The notes beneath the pieces are model-generated. The model had not been told where the DNA came from. It saw only the letters and a list, made by a program, of their open reading frames with translations, and ran no database searches. The position numbers and the translations under genes were made by a program. A DNA stretch of 64,000 bases from Actinomycetes bacterium (GTDB taxonomy: Bacteria > Actinomycetota > Acidimicrobiia > Acidimicrobiales > RAAP-2): NCBI GenBank assembly GCA_021823525.1, contig JAKANY010000005.1, forward strand, positions 861 through 64,860, read 5' to 3'. This document shows, piece after piece, positions 40,141-49,486 of this stretch (position 1 is its first letter; each line of letters opens with the position of its first letter).

Positions 40141-40824
40141 TCAGTAGGTAGCGGCCCGGCGCAGGATCGCGCGCGCCGGGACGTCGGTGATGACGCCCGT
40201 CACACCCAGCGCCAGGCACCGGTCCAGGTCGGCGTCCTCGTTGACCGTCCACACGAAGAGCGCCAGGGCGCGCGCGCGCGCCTGGGCGACGAGCGGGGCG
40301 TCGAGCGACGCGAGGGGGGGGTTGACGCCCGACAGCCCGAGCTCCTCGGCGCGCGCCAGGGCCGCCAGGGCGTCCTCGCCGACGTCGAGCAGGCCGTCGA
40401 CGGGGGCCGCGCCCACGAGCGCAGCGGCCGTCTCCCAGGCGAAGCTCGAGTAGCGCACGCGCGTGTGGGCCCCCCGTGACTCCACGCTCGCGCGCACCGC
40501 GGCCGCCAACTCGGCGGGGTCCTCGACGACGGGCTCGCCCGAGCCGGGGCCGTTCTTGACCTCGACGTTGACGAGGAGATCGCCGGTCGCCTCGAGGGCG
40601 GCCTCCAGGGTCGGCACCCACGCGGGCAGGTCCGCCGCGGGGGTGCGGGCGATCGCGTGGCCCGCGACCTCGGGGTCGTGGTGGACGACCAGGACCCCGT
40701 CGGCGCTGCGGCGCACGTCGAGCTCGACGCCGTCCACGCCGAGGGCCCGGGCGGCTGCGAAGGCCGCCAGGGTGTTCTCGCGGTGGCGGTCGTGGAGGCC
40801 CCGATGGGCCAGGATGAGGGTCAC
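40141..40824 (-). CDS. Glycerophosphodiester phosphodiesterase
   Basis: AHRG, ENTLAAF, ELDVRRSADGVLVVHHD, NVEVK, VWTVN, GVITD. Confidence 0.92.
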   Translation of the reverse strand: MTLILAHRGLHDRHRENTLAAFAAARALGVDGVELDVRRSADGVLVVHHDPEVAGHAIARTPAADLPAWVPTLEAALEATGDLLVNVEVKNGPGSGEPVVEDPAELAAAVRASVESRGAHTRVRYSSFAWETAAALVGAAPVDGLLDVGEDALAALARAEELGLSGVNPPLASLDAPLVAQARARALALFVWTVNEDADLDRCLALGVTGVITDVPARAILRRAATY

Positions 40825-40933
40825 GGAGCCATTTTTGCAGGCAAAACCCCTTGTGAAGTGATGCACCACCCTCTACACTGGTGGGGCCGAATGGCCCTCC
40901 CCCCCAGTTCGCCGGCCGGCTGAAGGACCCAAG

Positions 40934-41230
40934 ATGTCGCTGATGTGGAACCGCACCTACGCGTGGGACGACGCGGAGTGGCGTAGCCGGGCCGCCTGCC
41001 GAGACACCGAGCCGGACCTGTTCTTCCCGATCGGGTCGACCGGGCTCGCGACCGACCAGATCGAGTCGGCCAAGCGCGTGTGTGACAAGTGCGACGCCCA
41101 GAAGGCCTGCCTGGAGTTCGCTCTGGCGACGAACCAGGAGTCGGGCGTCTGGGGTGGCACGACCGAGGACGAGCGCCGCAAGCTGCGCAAGCAGTGGCTG
41201 GCGGCTCGCCGGCGCGCCAGCCAGCGCTAA
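40934..41230 (+). CDS. whiB: WhiB family Fe-S transcriptional regulator (WhiB1/WblE-like)
   Basis: AAC..DLFFP, CxxC-x5-C, GVWGG, TTEDER. Confidence 0.95.
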   Translation: MSLMWNRTYAWDDAEWRSRAACRDTEPDLFFPIGSTGLATDQIESAKRVCDKCDAQKACLEFALATNQESGVWGGTTEDERRKLRKQWLAARRRASQR

Positions 41231-42702
41231 CGCCGCGCGTCGAGGGGCACCTCGACGCGCACCAGGGTCCCCCCGCCCGCCGCGGGCTCGACGGTCGTGA
41301 TCTCGATCGTGCCGCGCATCTGGGTGCGCACGAGGTCGCGCACGATCGACAGCCCGAGGCTGGTCGGCGCGTCGAGGGAGAAGTCGGGGCCCACCCCCAC
41401 GCCGTTGTCGCGGACCTCGGCGATCGCCTCGTCGCCGTGGCGCGCCAGGCGCAGCGTCACCACGCCCACCGGTGAGGGATCCGCGTCGGTGAAGTCGACG
41501 AAGGCGTGCTCGACGGCGTTGGTCAGCAGCTCGGCGAGAGCCACCGCGAGCGGCGTTGCGACGTCGGTCGAGAGCACCCCGAGCTCGCCGCTGACGACGA
41601 TCTCGACGGGGTGCAGTGCGAGCACCGTGTCCTCGACCAGCAGGACCAGCGAGCGCACGATCTCGTCGAAGGAGACGTCCTCGCCCGGCTCGCGGCTCAG
41701 GACCTCGTGGACCACGGCGATCGAGCGCACCCGGCGCTCGGCCTCGAGCAGCGCGGTGCGCGTCTCGCGCTCGAGGCTGCGGCGGGCCTGGAGGCGCAGC
41801 AGCGAGGAGATCGTCTGCAGGTTGTTCTTGACGCGGTGGTGCACCTCGCGCACGGCCGCCTCCTTGGAGAGCACCACGCGGTTGAGGCGACGCAGGTCCG
41901 ACACGTCGCGCACGAGCACCATGACCGCGCTCGTGCGGTCGTCCTCGAGCAGCGGGACGCAGTGGAAGACGATGGCCACGTCGCTGCCCCGGTCGACCTC
42001 CTCGAGGGTCGGCATCGCGAAGGCCCGGGCCCGCTCCAGGGCGCGCAGGCGCAGCCCCAGCTCGGGCAGCGTGCGCCCCTCGACCGACAGCGCGACGCCC
42101 ACGCGGTGCAGCGCGTTCACGGCGTTCGGGGTGGCGAAGTCGACGCGCCCCTCGGCGTCGAGCAGGATGATGCCGTCGCCCACGCGCGGCAGGCCCGGCC
42201 CGGCGACGTCGTCCTCGCGGAAGGGGAAGCTCGAGGCCGCCACCATGTCGCACAGGCGCACGAAGATCGACAGGTAGGCCTGCTCGTAGAGGGAGGAGGG
42301 CCCCCGCATCGGGCCCTGGAGGCGCACCAGCGCGGCCACCACCGCCCCGTTGGCGCGCACCGGGATCGCCCACACGAGGGTGGGCTCGCCCACGACCTCG
42401 GGCGAGGCGTAGCCCGTGACGCGCTCGCCCTCGGCCAGCGAGCGGTGCACCAGGGGCCAGTCGGCGGCCCGGTGGGAGGTCCCCACCAGGTCCGGGGTGA
42501 CCACCGTGGCGCGGTTGTTGGGCCGCACCTGGCCCAGTACGACGAGCGCCTCGGGGTCGTCGGCGTCGGGGGCCATGAGCACCATGTCGGAGAACGCCAG
42601 GTCTGCGAGCAGCGACCAGGACGCCGTCAGGCGCAGCAGGTGGTCGATGGCCGGCTCTCCGAGGCCCGCCCGGGCCGCGGCCAGCTCGGCCAGGGTGGCC
42701 AC
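41227..42702 (-). CDS. pdtaS: Cytoplasmic sensor histidine kinase, PdtaS-like (GAF-PAS-HisKA_2)
   Basis: WSLLADLAFSD N-terminus, EVHHRVKNNLQT H-box, DNGVG, LGLSIV; converges on whiB; GTG 42702. Confidence 0.9.
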   Translation of the reverse strand: MATLAELAAARAGLGEPAIDHLLRLTASWSLLADLAFSDMVLMAPDADDPEALVVLGQVRPNNRATVVTPDLVGTSHRAADWPLVHRSLAEGERVTGYASPEVVGEPTLVWAIPVRANGAVVAALVRLQGPMRGPSSLYEQAYLSIFVRLCDMVAASSFPFREDDVAGPGLPRVGDGIILLDAEGRVDFATPNAVNALHRVGVALSVEGRTLPELGLRLRALERARAFAMPTLEEVDRGSDVAIVFHCVPLLEDDRTSAVMVLVRDVSDLRRLNRVVLSKEAAVREVHHRVKNNLQTISSLLRLQARRSLERETRTALLEAERRVRSIAVVHEVLSREPGEDVSFDEIVRSLVLLVEDTVLALHPVEIVVSGELGVLSTDVATPLAVALAELLTNAVEHAFVDFTDADPSPVGVVTLRLARHGDEAIAEVRDNGVGVGPDFSLDAPTSLGLSIVRDLVRTQMRGTIEITTVEPAAGGGTLVRVEVPLDARR

Positions 42703-43577
42703 TAGTGACTGCGCAGCGGCACGAGGCGGCGCTGGCGCCCGCTGTAGGAGGCGAGCTGGGTCACCCCGCGAGCCTCGAGCAGCGCGGCCAGGTCGCCGAC
42801 GCGCTCGGCGACGCGACCCAGGCGGTGCGCGTCGCTCGCGGTGGTGAAGGTCGCCCCGCGGGCCGCCAGCCGGTCGAGGAACCCCTCGGCCGGGTACTGC
42901 TCGGCGGCCGGCTTGGACCACCCGGCCGAGCTGCACTCGACCGACACGTCGGCCGCGGCCGCCGCCTCGGCCATGGCGTCCCAGTAGCCGGTGGGGTCCC
43001 CGGGCCGGTAGCCGGCCACCTTGATCAGGTCCGGGTGGGCCAACACGTCCACGGCCCGGCAGCTGATGAGCTCCTCGAGGGCCCGCGTGTACTCGGCCCA
43101 GCTGCGGTCGACGTCGCGCACCGTCCACTGCGCCATGGGGATCGGGTTGTCCACGTCGTCGAAGCCCCAGCTGCCCAGCCAGTGCACCGAGCCGATGAGC
43201 ACGTCGAAGGGGTACTGGGCCAGCAGCTCACTGACCACGTCCATCTGGTCGCGGTAGTAGTCGACCTCGAGGCCGATCTTGACGGGCAGCCCCTCGTCCT
43301 TGGCGCGCTGGGCGAGCGTCACGTAGTCGTCGAGCCGGTTGCGCGCCGTGAAGGCCATGTACTGGCCCATCACCGGGCTGGTCACCTCGTCGGGGAAGCG
43401 CTCCCAGAACGGCCCGACCCGGTCCAGCACGTCGACGAAGCGGTGGGCGTGCTCGGTGAGGGCCAGCTCCTCGACACCGGCCTCCGCGGCGCGCTCGCAG
43501 TAGTGCGCGATCTGGTCGAGGCGGTACCAGACCGAGGAGTCCTCGTGGGGCCAGAGGTGGAGGTGGTAGTCGAGCAC
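42702..43577 (-). CDS. PHP-domain phosphatase (histidinol-phosphatase HisJ/HisK-like)
   Basis: DYHLH, LTEH, GLEVD, IGSVH, AHPD, ASDAH; GTG 43577. Confidence 0.88.
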   Translation of the reverse strand: MLDYHLHLWPHEDSSVWYRLDQIAHYCERAAEAGVEELALTEHAHRFVDVLDRVGPFWERFPDEVTSPVMGQYMAFTARNRLDDYVTLAQRAKDEGLPVKIGLEVDYYRDQMDVVSELLAQYPFDVLIGSVHWLGSWGFDDVDNPIPMAQWTVRDVDRSWAEYTRALEELISCRAVDVLAHPDLIKVAGYRPGDPTGYWDAMAEAAAAADVSVECSSAGWSKPAAEQYPAEGFLDRLAARGATFTTASDAHRLGRVAERVGDLAALLEARGVTQLASYSGRQRRLVPLRSH

Positions 43578-43578
43578 G

Positions 43579-43809
43579 TCAGGCGGCGCCGAAGCCGACC
43601 GTGCGGCCCGACGCCGCGCCGACCTCGACGAAGGCGATCCGCGAGGCCGGGATGCCGACCTGGCGCCCCTTGCGGTCCACCAGCCACAGGACGCCGTCAC
43701 CGCCCAGGGCCGCCTCCACGCGCGCGACCAGCTCGTCGCGGTCCGTGTCGTCGGCCAGCTCGATGTCGAGCTCTCGCATCGACTGCACGATCCCGATCCG
43801 GATGTCCAT
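43579..43809 (-). CDS. DUF3107 family protein
   Basis: MDIRIGI..S.REL...L.D.KGR.V.IP...IAFVEVG......VGF. Confidence 0.9.
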   Translation of the reverse strand: MDIRIGIVQSMRELDIELADDTDRDELVARVEAALGGDGVLWLVDRKGRQVGIPASRIAFVEVGAASGRTVGFGAA

Positions 43810-43868
43810 GGGTCTCCTCGCTGCACCGCTCTTGGCCTCATGTTACGGCGACCGGGCACAATGGGGAC

Positions 43869-44963
43869 ATGGCAACCCCCGCGCGACACGAGCGATGGGC
43901 CGCCACCATGGGGGGCCACTCGGGCCCCGACGCGGTGGCGCGCGCCCACGCCGACTCCTCGGCACGGCTCGAGCGGGTCGCCCTGGTCACGCGGGAGTCC
44001 TGGGAGAGCGACGACGCGCGCCTGAGCACGGGCGCCACCCCAGCGCACGGCGCCGGCACCCGAGCGCGACCCGAGGAGCCCGACGCCTATCGCACGTGCT
44101 TCGAGCGCGACCGCGACCGGATCCTCCACGCCAACGCCTTTCGCCGCCTGGCGGGCAAGACCCAGGTCTTCGTCTTCCCCGAGGACCACATGCGCACGCG
44201 GCTGACCCACGCCCTCGAGGTGGCCCAGGTCGCGGTGGGTGTGGCCCGACCCCTCGGGCTCAACGTCGCGCTGACCGAGGCCATCGCGCTCGGGCACGAC
44301 TGCGGCCACGGTCCGGGAGGGCACGCCAGCGAGGAGGCCCTCGACCTCTACCTTCCCGGAGGCTTCGACCACGCCACCTGGGGCGCCGACGTCGCTCTCG
44401 CCCCCCTCAACCTGTGCGCCGAGACCCTCGACGGCATCCGCAACCACTCCTGGAGCCGCCCGGCCCCGACAACCCCCGAGGGGGAGGTCGTCAGCTGGGC
44501 CGACCGCGTCGCATACGTATGCCACGATCTGGAGGACGCGGTCTCGGCGGGGATCGTCGAGGCCACGGCGCTGCCCGCCGAGGTCGCGACCCTGGTGGGC
44601 ACGCGCCGCGGTGAGCAGCTGGGCCACTTCATCCAGGCGATGATCGCCACCACCGTCTCCACGGGCTGGATCGGGCTCGACGAGCGCCACGCCCAGGCCC
44701 TGGCCGCGTTCCGCGCGTTCAACTACGAGCGCATCTACCTGCGCCCGGCCTCGCGCGAGCAGGCCGAGCGCGTGGTCGCGATGCTGCGCGCCCTCGTCGA
44801 GCACTACGCCGCCCACCCCGAGGACCTCGAGGAGGCCGACGGCGACCCGCTGACGCGCGCGGTGGCCTACGTCGCGGGCATGACGGACCGCTACGCCTGC
44901 CGCCAGGCAGTCGCGCTGCTCGACTGGCCCGAGTCGCGTCTCCCCACGGGCATCGACCGCTAG
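43869..44963 (+). CDS. dgt: HD-domain deoxyguanosinetriphosphate triphosphohydrolase-like protein
   Basis: FERDRDRILH..AFRRLAGKTQVF, RTRLTH, GHDCGHGPGGH, WADRVAY, YVAGMTD; ATG 43869 lies 6 nt after CACAAT. Confidence 0.9.
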   Translation: MATPARHERWAATMGGHSGPDAVARAHADSSARLERVALVTRESWESDDARLSTGATPAHGAGTRARPEEPDAYRTCFERDRDRILHANAFRRLAGKTQVFVFPEDHMRTRLTHALEVAQVAVGVARPLGLNVALTEAIALGHDCGHGPGGHASEEALDLYLPGGFDHATWGADVALAPLNLCAETLDGIRNHSWSRPAPTTPEGEVVSWADRVAYVCHDLEDAVSAGIVEATALPAEVATLVGTRRGEQLGHFIQAMIATTVSTGWIGLDERHAQALAAFRAFNYERIYLRPASREQAERVVAMLRALVEHYAAHPEDLEEADGDPLTRAVAYVAGMTDRYACRQAVALLDWPESRLPTGIDR

Positions 44964-45169
44964 CTGCAGCGGTCCCCGCTCGTTGGGTTCGCGACCACTG
45001 GCGCGCTGGCGGCGCGCACGGCGCCCCCATTCCCGATTCCACCTCCACGGCGCGTTCCCCCCGCGGAGCTCGAGGGAACGCGCCTCGCGTACCGAAGTCA
45101 CGGCCCCGCTGGGCCCCGTGGGTTCCGAGCCGGACGCGCACGGCGAGTCGTGACCCGTATGCCGTTTAA

Positions 45170-45189
45170 CCGTCATCCCATGATGACGG
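45170..45189. promoter_or_regulatory. 8-4-8 inverted repeat, probable antitoxin operator
   Basis: CCGTCATC-CCAT-GATGACGG, 12 nt upstream of the antitoxin ATG. Confidence 0.6.
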
Positions 45190-45201
45190 CATCCTGGGGG
45201 C

Positions 45202-45486
45202 ATGCCCAAGAGGAAGACGACCATCTACCTCGACGCGGACGTCCTGACCGCGACGAAGGCCGCGGCACTCGTGTCGACCCGCTCCGAGAGCGCCATCATC
45301 GAGGAGGCCCTGCGGGCGTACTTGCGCAGCCGCCCCGGCGCGGCGGCCCACGACGAGCTACGCGCGTTGCTCGATCGTGTGGCGTCGGCCAGCGATCTCG
45401 ACGAGGAGGCGGCGCTGGAGCAGGCCGTGCACGAGGTGCACAGCGTGCGCCACGAGCGTCGATCGTCTTCGACGCGTCGTGGCTGA
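45202..45486 (+). CDS. Ribbon-helix-helix (CopG-like) antitoxin
   Basis: KRKTTIYLD...S.S.IIEEALR.YL; directly upstream of and overlapping a PIN gene. Confidence 0.8.
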   Translation: MPKRKTTIYLDADVLTATKAAALVSTRSESAIIEEALRAYLRSRPGAAAHDELRALLDRVASASDLDEEAALEQAVHEVHSVRHERRSSSTRRG

Positions 45487-45908
45487 TCGGCATGGGGTCG
45501 TCTTCGACACCAACGTCTTCGTGGCTGCGGTCACGTCGCGAGAAGGGGTATCGGCCCGACTCCTCCTCGCTGCACGGGACCAGCGGTACCAGCTCGTGGT
45601 CTCGCCGAGGCTGCTCGACGAGTTGTCCGCAGTGCTCGCCCGGTCGAAGTTTCGACGGTATCTGAGCCTCGAGGATGCCGACGCCTTCGTGAGTGCGATC
45701 CAAGGGTTGGCAGAGGTCGTCGATGATCCCCCCGGAGCAACAGGGGTCGATCACCGACGATCCGAACGAGGACTATCTGGTTGTCCTAGCCGAGGCCGTC
45801 GGCGCGGAGGCGCTCGTGTCCGGCGATCCCCATCACACGACTCCCCGGCGCACGGGGCTCCGCGTAGTGACACCTCGGGGTCTCCTCGACGACCTCCACG
45901 CCAGGTGA
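45479..45908 (+). pseudogene. PIN-domain toxin interrupted by a 1-nt insertion in a C6 run
   Basis: VVFDTNVFV in one frame, DDPNEDYLV and LVSGD in the next; deleting one C at 45728-45733 gives a continuous 142-aa ORF (VVDDPPEQQGSITDDPNEDYL). Confidence 0.8.
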
Positions 45909-45997
45909 CGCCCCCCCATCGTGTCGGCTCCGGACCGGCGAAGCGCAGTCCCGCTCCTCCCCCTTGGGTGTCGGCCGCTCGCCCGTAGACTCGGGGC

Positions 45998-46720
45998 ATG
46001 TCGCGTCGGGTCTACCTCGCCCTCGTGCTCGCCCTGGCGGTGACCATCGTCATCGCGGGCACCGCGCTCGTGCTCGTGCTGCGTCACCGCTCGAGCGCGA
46101 ACTCCTCGACCCTGCTGCGCCCGACCGGGATCCCGGCAGCCGTCACGACCTACCAGGCAGACCTGATGGCCCTGTCGCCGGTCCCCCGCAAGGCGGCCAC
46201 GCCCTTCACCCTGACCGACCAGAACGGGCGCACCGTGACGCTCGCCCAGTTCCGCGGCCACCCGATCGTGCTCAACTTCATGGACCCGCACTGCACGGAC
46301 ATCTGCCCGCTGGTCTCCGAGGAGCTGCGCGACGCCGAGGCCGACCTGCCCGCCTTCGCCCGCGGGACGGTGTTCCTGGCCATCGACGTCAACCCCTACG
46401 TGCGCACCCCCGCCGGGCTGATGACCTTCAGCCGCGCCCACGGCCTCACCACGATCCCGACGTGGCACTTCCTGGCCGGACCGGTCCCGGCGCTGCGCGC
46501 CCTCTGGCACGCCTACGGGATCCAGGTCATCTCCCGGGGGCCGACCGCCGACGTGGTGCACTCCTCGCTCACCTACTTCATCGACGGGCACGGCCGCCTG
46601 CGCTACGTCGCGGCCCCGCAGGTCGACCACACGGCAGCGGGCGCGGCGTTCCTCCCGGCCAACCAGCTGCGCGCCTGGGGTCACGGGATCGCGGAGGTCG
46701 CGACCTCGCTCGTCGGGTGA
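45998..46720 (+). CDS. SCO1/SenC family copper chaperone
   Basis: N-terminal TM, FTLTDQNG, CTDIC (CxxxC), VVHSS His ligand; TAGACT 6 nt before the ATG. Confidence 0.92.
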   Translation: MSRRVYLALVLALAVTIVIAGTALVLVLRHRSSANSSTLLRPTGIPAAVTTYQADLMALSPVPRKAATPFTLTDQNGRTVTLAQFRGHPIVLNFMDPHCTDICPLVSEELRDAEADLPAFARGTVFLAIDVNPYVRTPAGLMTFSRAHGLTTIPTWHFLAGPVPALRALWHAYGIQVISRGPTADVVHSSLTYFIDGHGRLRYVAAPQVDHTAAGAAFLPANQLRAWGHGIAEVATSLVG

Positions 46721-46721
46721 G

Positions 46722-47552
46722 CTAGGCGCGCGCCGCGCGCTGCAGGTCGATGCCGGGCATCGGTCCCCCGCGCATCCAGTCGAGGCGCTGCTCGGTCGTG
46801 CGCAGGGCCACCCGCTCGTGGGTGAGGATCCAGAACTGCCCGGTGCGCACGGCCTCGACGACGCGCTGGGCAACGGTGGTCGGATCGATGCCCGCCGCGA
46901 CCGCGGCGGCCGCGGCGGCCTGGAGGGTTTCGTCGGTCGGGGCGAGCGCGCGCAGGTCCTCGGGCATGGCGCGGTCCGACTCGGCGATGCGCGTGCGCAC
47001 GAAGCCGGGGCACAGCACCGAGACCCCGACGCGGCTCCCGCGAGCGGTCAGCTCCTGGGCCAGCGACTCGGCGATGCCCACGACGGCGAACTTGCTCGCG
47101 ACGTAGGGACCCATGCCGGGCACGCCCCCGAGCCCGGCCAGCGACGCGGTGAGCACGAGGTGCCCCTCGTCGCGCGCGAGCATCTCGGGCGCCAGGGCGT
47201 TGAGGACGTTCACGACGCCCCCGACGTTGATCCCGAGCACCCAGTCCCAGGCGGCCTTGGGCGTGAAGAGCGTTGCCCCGCTGCCCACCCCCGCGTTGGC
47301 GAATCCGACGTGCACGTCACCGAAGGCCTCGTGCGCCGCCTCGAGCGCGCGCACGACGTCGCCCTCGACGCTGACGTCACCGGCGACCCCGCGCGCCGCG
47401 TCACCGAGCTCCGTCACGACTGCGGCGAGGGCCTCCTCGTCGCGGTCGAGCAGGGTGACGCGCACGCCTTCGGCGACCAGGCGGCGCGCGGTCGCCAGCC
47501 CGATCCCGCTGGCCCCACCCGTGATGAGCGCGGAACGCCCGTCGAGGTCCAC
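46722..47552 (-). CDS. SDR family oxidoreductase
   Basis: TGGASGIG, NAGVG, YVASK. Confidence 0.93.
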   Translation of the reverse strand: MDLDGRSALITGGASGIGLATARRLVAEGVRVTLLDRDEEALAAVVTELGDAARGVAGDVSVEGDVVRALEAAHEAFGDVHVGFANAGVGSGATLFTPKAAWDWVLGINVGGVVNVLNALAPEMLARDEGHLVLTASLAGLGGVPGMGPYVASKFAVVGIAESLAQELTARGSRVGVSVLCPGFVRTRIAESDRAMPEDLRALAPTDETLQAAAAAAVAAGIDPTTVAQRVVEAVRTGQFWILTHERVALRTTEQRLDWMRGGPMPGIDLQRAARA

Positions 47553-47556
47553 GGGC

Positions 47557-48660
47557 TCAGACCAGCTTGAGCTCGCGGCGGTAGACGCGCGCCGGGCCCT
47601 GCTTCTCGATGGCGTCGGCCAGCGCGACGAAGGCCTGGGCGGCCTCGCGCTCGGGCTCGAACACGACGATGGGATCGCCGAGGTCCCCGCCCTGGCGCAG
47701 GACCGGGTCGAGCGGGATCTGGCCCATGAGGGGCACGCCGAGCTCGGCCGCCAGCTGGGCGCCGCCGCCGGAGCCGAAGAGCTCGTAGCGCACGCCGTCG
47801 TCGCCGGTGAACCAGCTCATGTTCTCGATGACCCCGCGCAGGGCCAGCTTGAGGGCGCGCGCCGCGTAGGCCGAGCGCTGGGCGACGCGCTGGGCGGCCG
47901 GCTGGGGCGTCGTCACCACGTACATCTCGATCCGGGGGATCACCTCGGAGACCGTGAGGGCCACGTCGCCCGTCCCGGGGGGCATGTCGATGAGCAGGAA
48001 GTCGGGCTCGTCCCACCAGGCCTCCGAGACCAGCTGCTCGATCGCCTTGTGGAGCATCGGGCCGCGCCAGATCACCGGCTGGGAGTCGGGGACGAAGTAG
48101 CCCATCGAGACGCAGCGCACGCCGTGGGCCAGGGTGGGGATCACCGTGTCGCCCAGCACGATGGGGTCGTGGTCGGACCCGAGCATCTTGGGCAGCGAGA
48201 AGCCGTAGACGTCGGCGTCGAGCACGCCGACCTGGTGGCCGCGCTGGGCGAGCGTGATCGCCAGGTTCACCGTGACCGAGGACTTGCCCACCCCGCCCTT
48301 GCCCGAGGAGATCCCGAGCACGCGCGTCTTGGCCAGCTTGTCGAGGAAGGACGGCGTCGCGGTCCCGTGGTCGTGGCCGTGGTCGTCCGAGGGGGTGCTC
48401 ATCTGCCCGCGCAGGAAGTTGCGCAGGCCCAGGCGCTCGTCCTCGCTCATCGCGCGCACGCGCACGCTCGCGCCGGGCGCGGTCTCGAGGACCTCCTCCT
48501 CGAGCCAGGCGCGGTTGGGCCACTCGAGCACGGGCAGCACCAGCTCGACGACGGGGCTCGCGCCGGACTCGTCCACCTCGCCGAGGAAGCCCAGCTCGGC
48601 CAGGGTGCGCACCAGCTGGGGCTCGGCGATCGCCCCCAGGGCGCTGCGCAGGTCACTCAC
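47557..48660 (-). CDS. mrp: Mrp/NBP35 family P-loop ATPase (Fe-S carrier ApbC-like)
   Basis: SGKGGVGKSS, DADVYG, WRGPML, DMPPGTGD, ENMS; GTG 48660. Confidence 0.92.
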   Translation of the reverse strand: MSDLRSALGAIAEPQLVRTLAELGFLGEVDESGASPVVELVLPVLEWPNRAWLEEEVLETAPGASVRVRAMSEDERLGLRNFLRGQMSTPSDDHGHDHGTATPSFLDKLAKTRVLGISSGKGGVGKSSVTVNLAITLAQRGHQVGVLDADVYGFSLPKMLGSDHDPIVLGDTVIPTLAHGVRCVSMGYFVPDSQPVIWRGPMLHKAIEQLVSEAWWDEPDFLLIDMPPGTGDVALTVSEVIPRIEMYVVTTPQPAAQRVAQRSAYAARALKLALRGVIENMSWFTGDDGVRYELFGSGGGAQLAAELGVPLMGQIPLDPVLRQGGDLGDPIVVFEPEREAAQAFVALADAIEKQGPARVYRRELKLV

Positions 48661-48729
48661 GAGTGGTCTCCTTCTCCCCCGCGCCAGGTTACCGTCGCGG
48701 GGCGCGAGCCCCCCTCGTAGACTGCCGGT

Positions 48730-49431
48730 GTGAGCCAGACGGACCTCGATCCCGGCCTGTTCGACGCCACGGTCTCGAGCCTCACCCACTCCTTCGGCGA
48801 CCGGACGCGACGCGCCATCTACCTGTACGTGCGCGAGCACCCCGGCGCCACGGCGACCGCGCTGGCCGAGCACTGCGGCGTGCACCCCAACGTCGTGCGC
48901 CACCACCTCGAGCGCCTGGTCGAGGGCGGCTACGTGGTCGCCGAGGCCGTGCATCGCGCGACCGTGGGCCGCCCCGCCAAGGGCTACCGGGCCCTCGAGA
49001 CCGCCGGAACCATGGAGGCCCTGGTACGACGCGACGCGCTGCTGGTCTCGCTGCTCGAGCGGGCCCTCGCGCGCCTCGACGCCGAGACGGCCGAGTCGAT
49101 CGCTCGCGAGGTCGGCGTCGAGTACGCGCGGGGCCTGTCGGGCGACGTCACCCTCGAGGCGACGCGCCCCATCAAGGCGGCGCTGGCCTCGATCTCGGGC
49201 CTGCTCAGCGCCCACGGGTACGCCGCGCGGGCCGAGCACGATGGCGAGGAGATCGTCGTCGTCGCCGAGACCTGCCCCTTCGGGGTCGCCGCCCAGAGCC
49301 ACCCGATGCTGTGCGCGGTCGACCGCGGGCTGCTCGCGGGCATGCTCGAGGGCGTCGGGCGCACGCGCAGCGCCGTCACCTTGACCTCGCGCGCCGAGGG
49401 CGCCGACGCCTGCCGCCACCGCCTGGGCTGA
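48730..49431 (+). CDS. Winged-HTH transcriptional regulator, SufR-like C-terminal domain
   Basis: N-terminal HTH with VRHHLERL and VGRPAKGY; C-terminal TCPF..HPMLC...C. Confidence 0.8.
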   Translation: MSQTDLDPGLFDATVSSLTHSFGDRTRRAIYLYVREHPGATATALAEHCGVHPNVVRHHLERLVEGGYVVAEAVHRATVGRPAKGYRALETAGTMEALVRRDALLVSLLERALARLDAETAESIAREVGVEYARGLSGDVTLEATRPIKAALASISGLLSAHGYAARAEHDGEEIVVVAETCPFGVAAQSHPMLCAVDRGLLAGMLEGVGRTRSAVTLTSRAEGADACRHRLG

Positions 49432-49486
49432 CGCCGCCGCTCACCTCCCCGAGGGAGCGCTTCGTCCTGAGTGGTATCATTATGGT

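Noticed and set aside
44964-45160. Intergenic 11-bp inverted repeat (45049-45059 / 45074-45084) considered as tRNA or ncRNA
   Set aside because: No cloverleaf or recognised ncRNA motif; most simply a terminator-like stem after dgt.
45460-45510. 11-nt direct repeat TCGTCTTCGAC, giving a second PIN-like start (IVFDASWLIG) in another frame
   Set aside because: Too short to separate from chance; the frame has no further PIN motifs.
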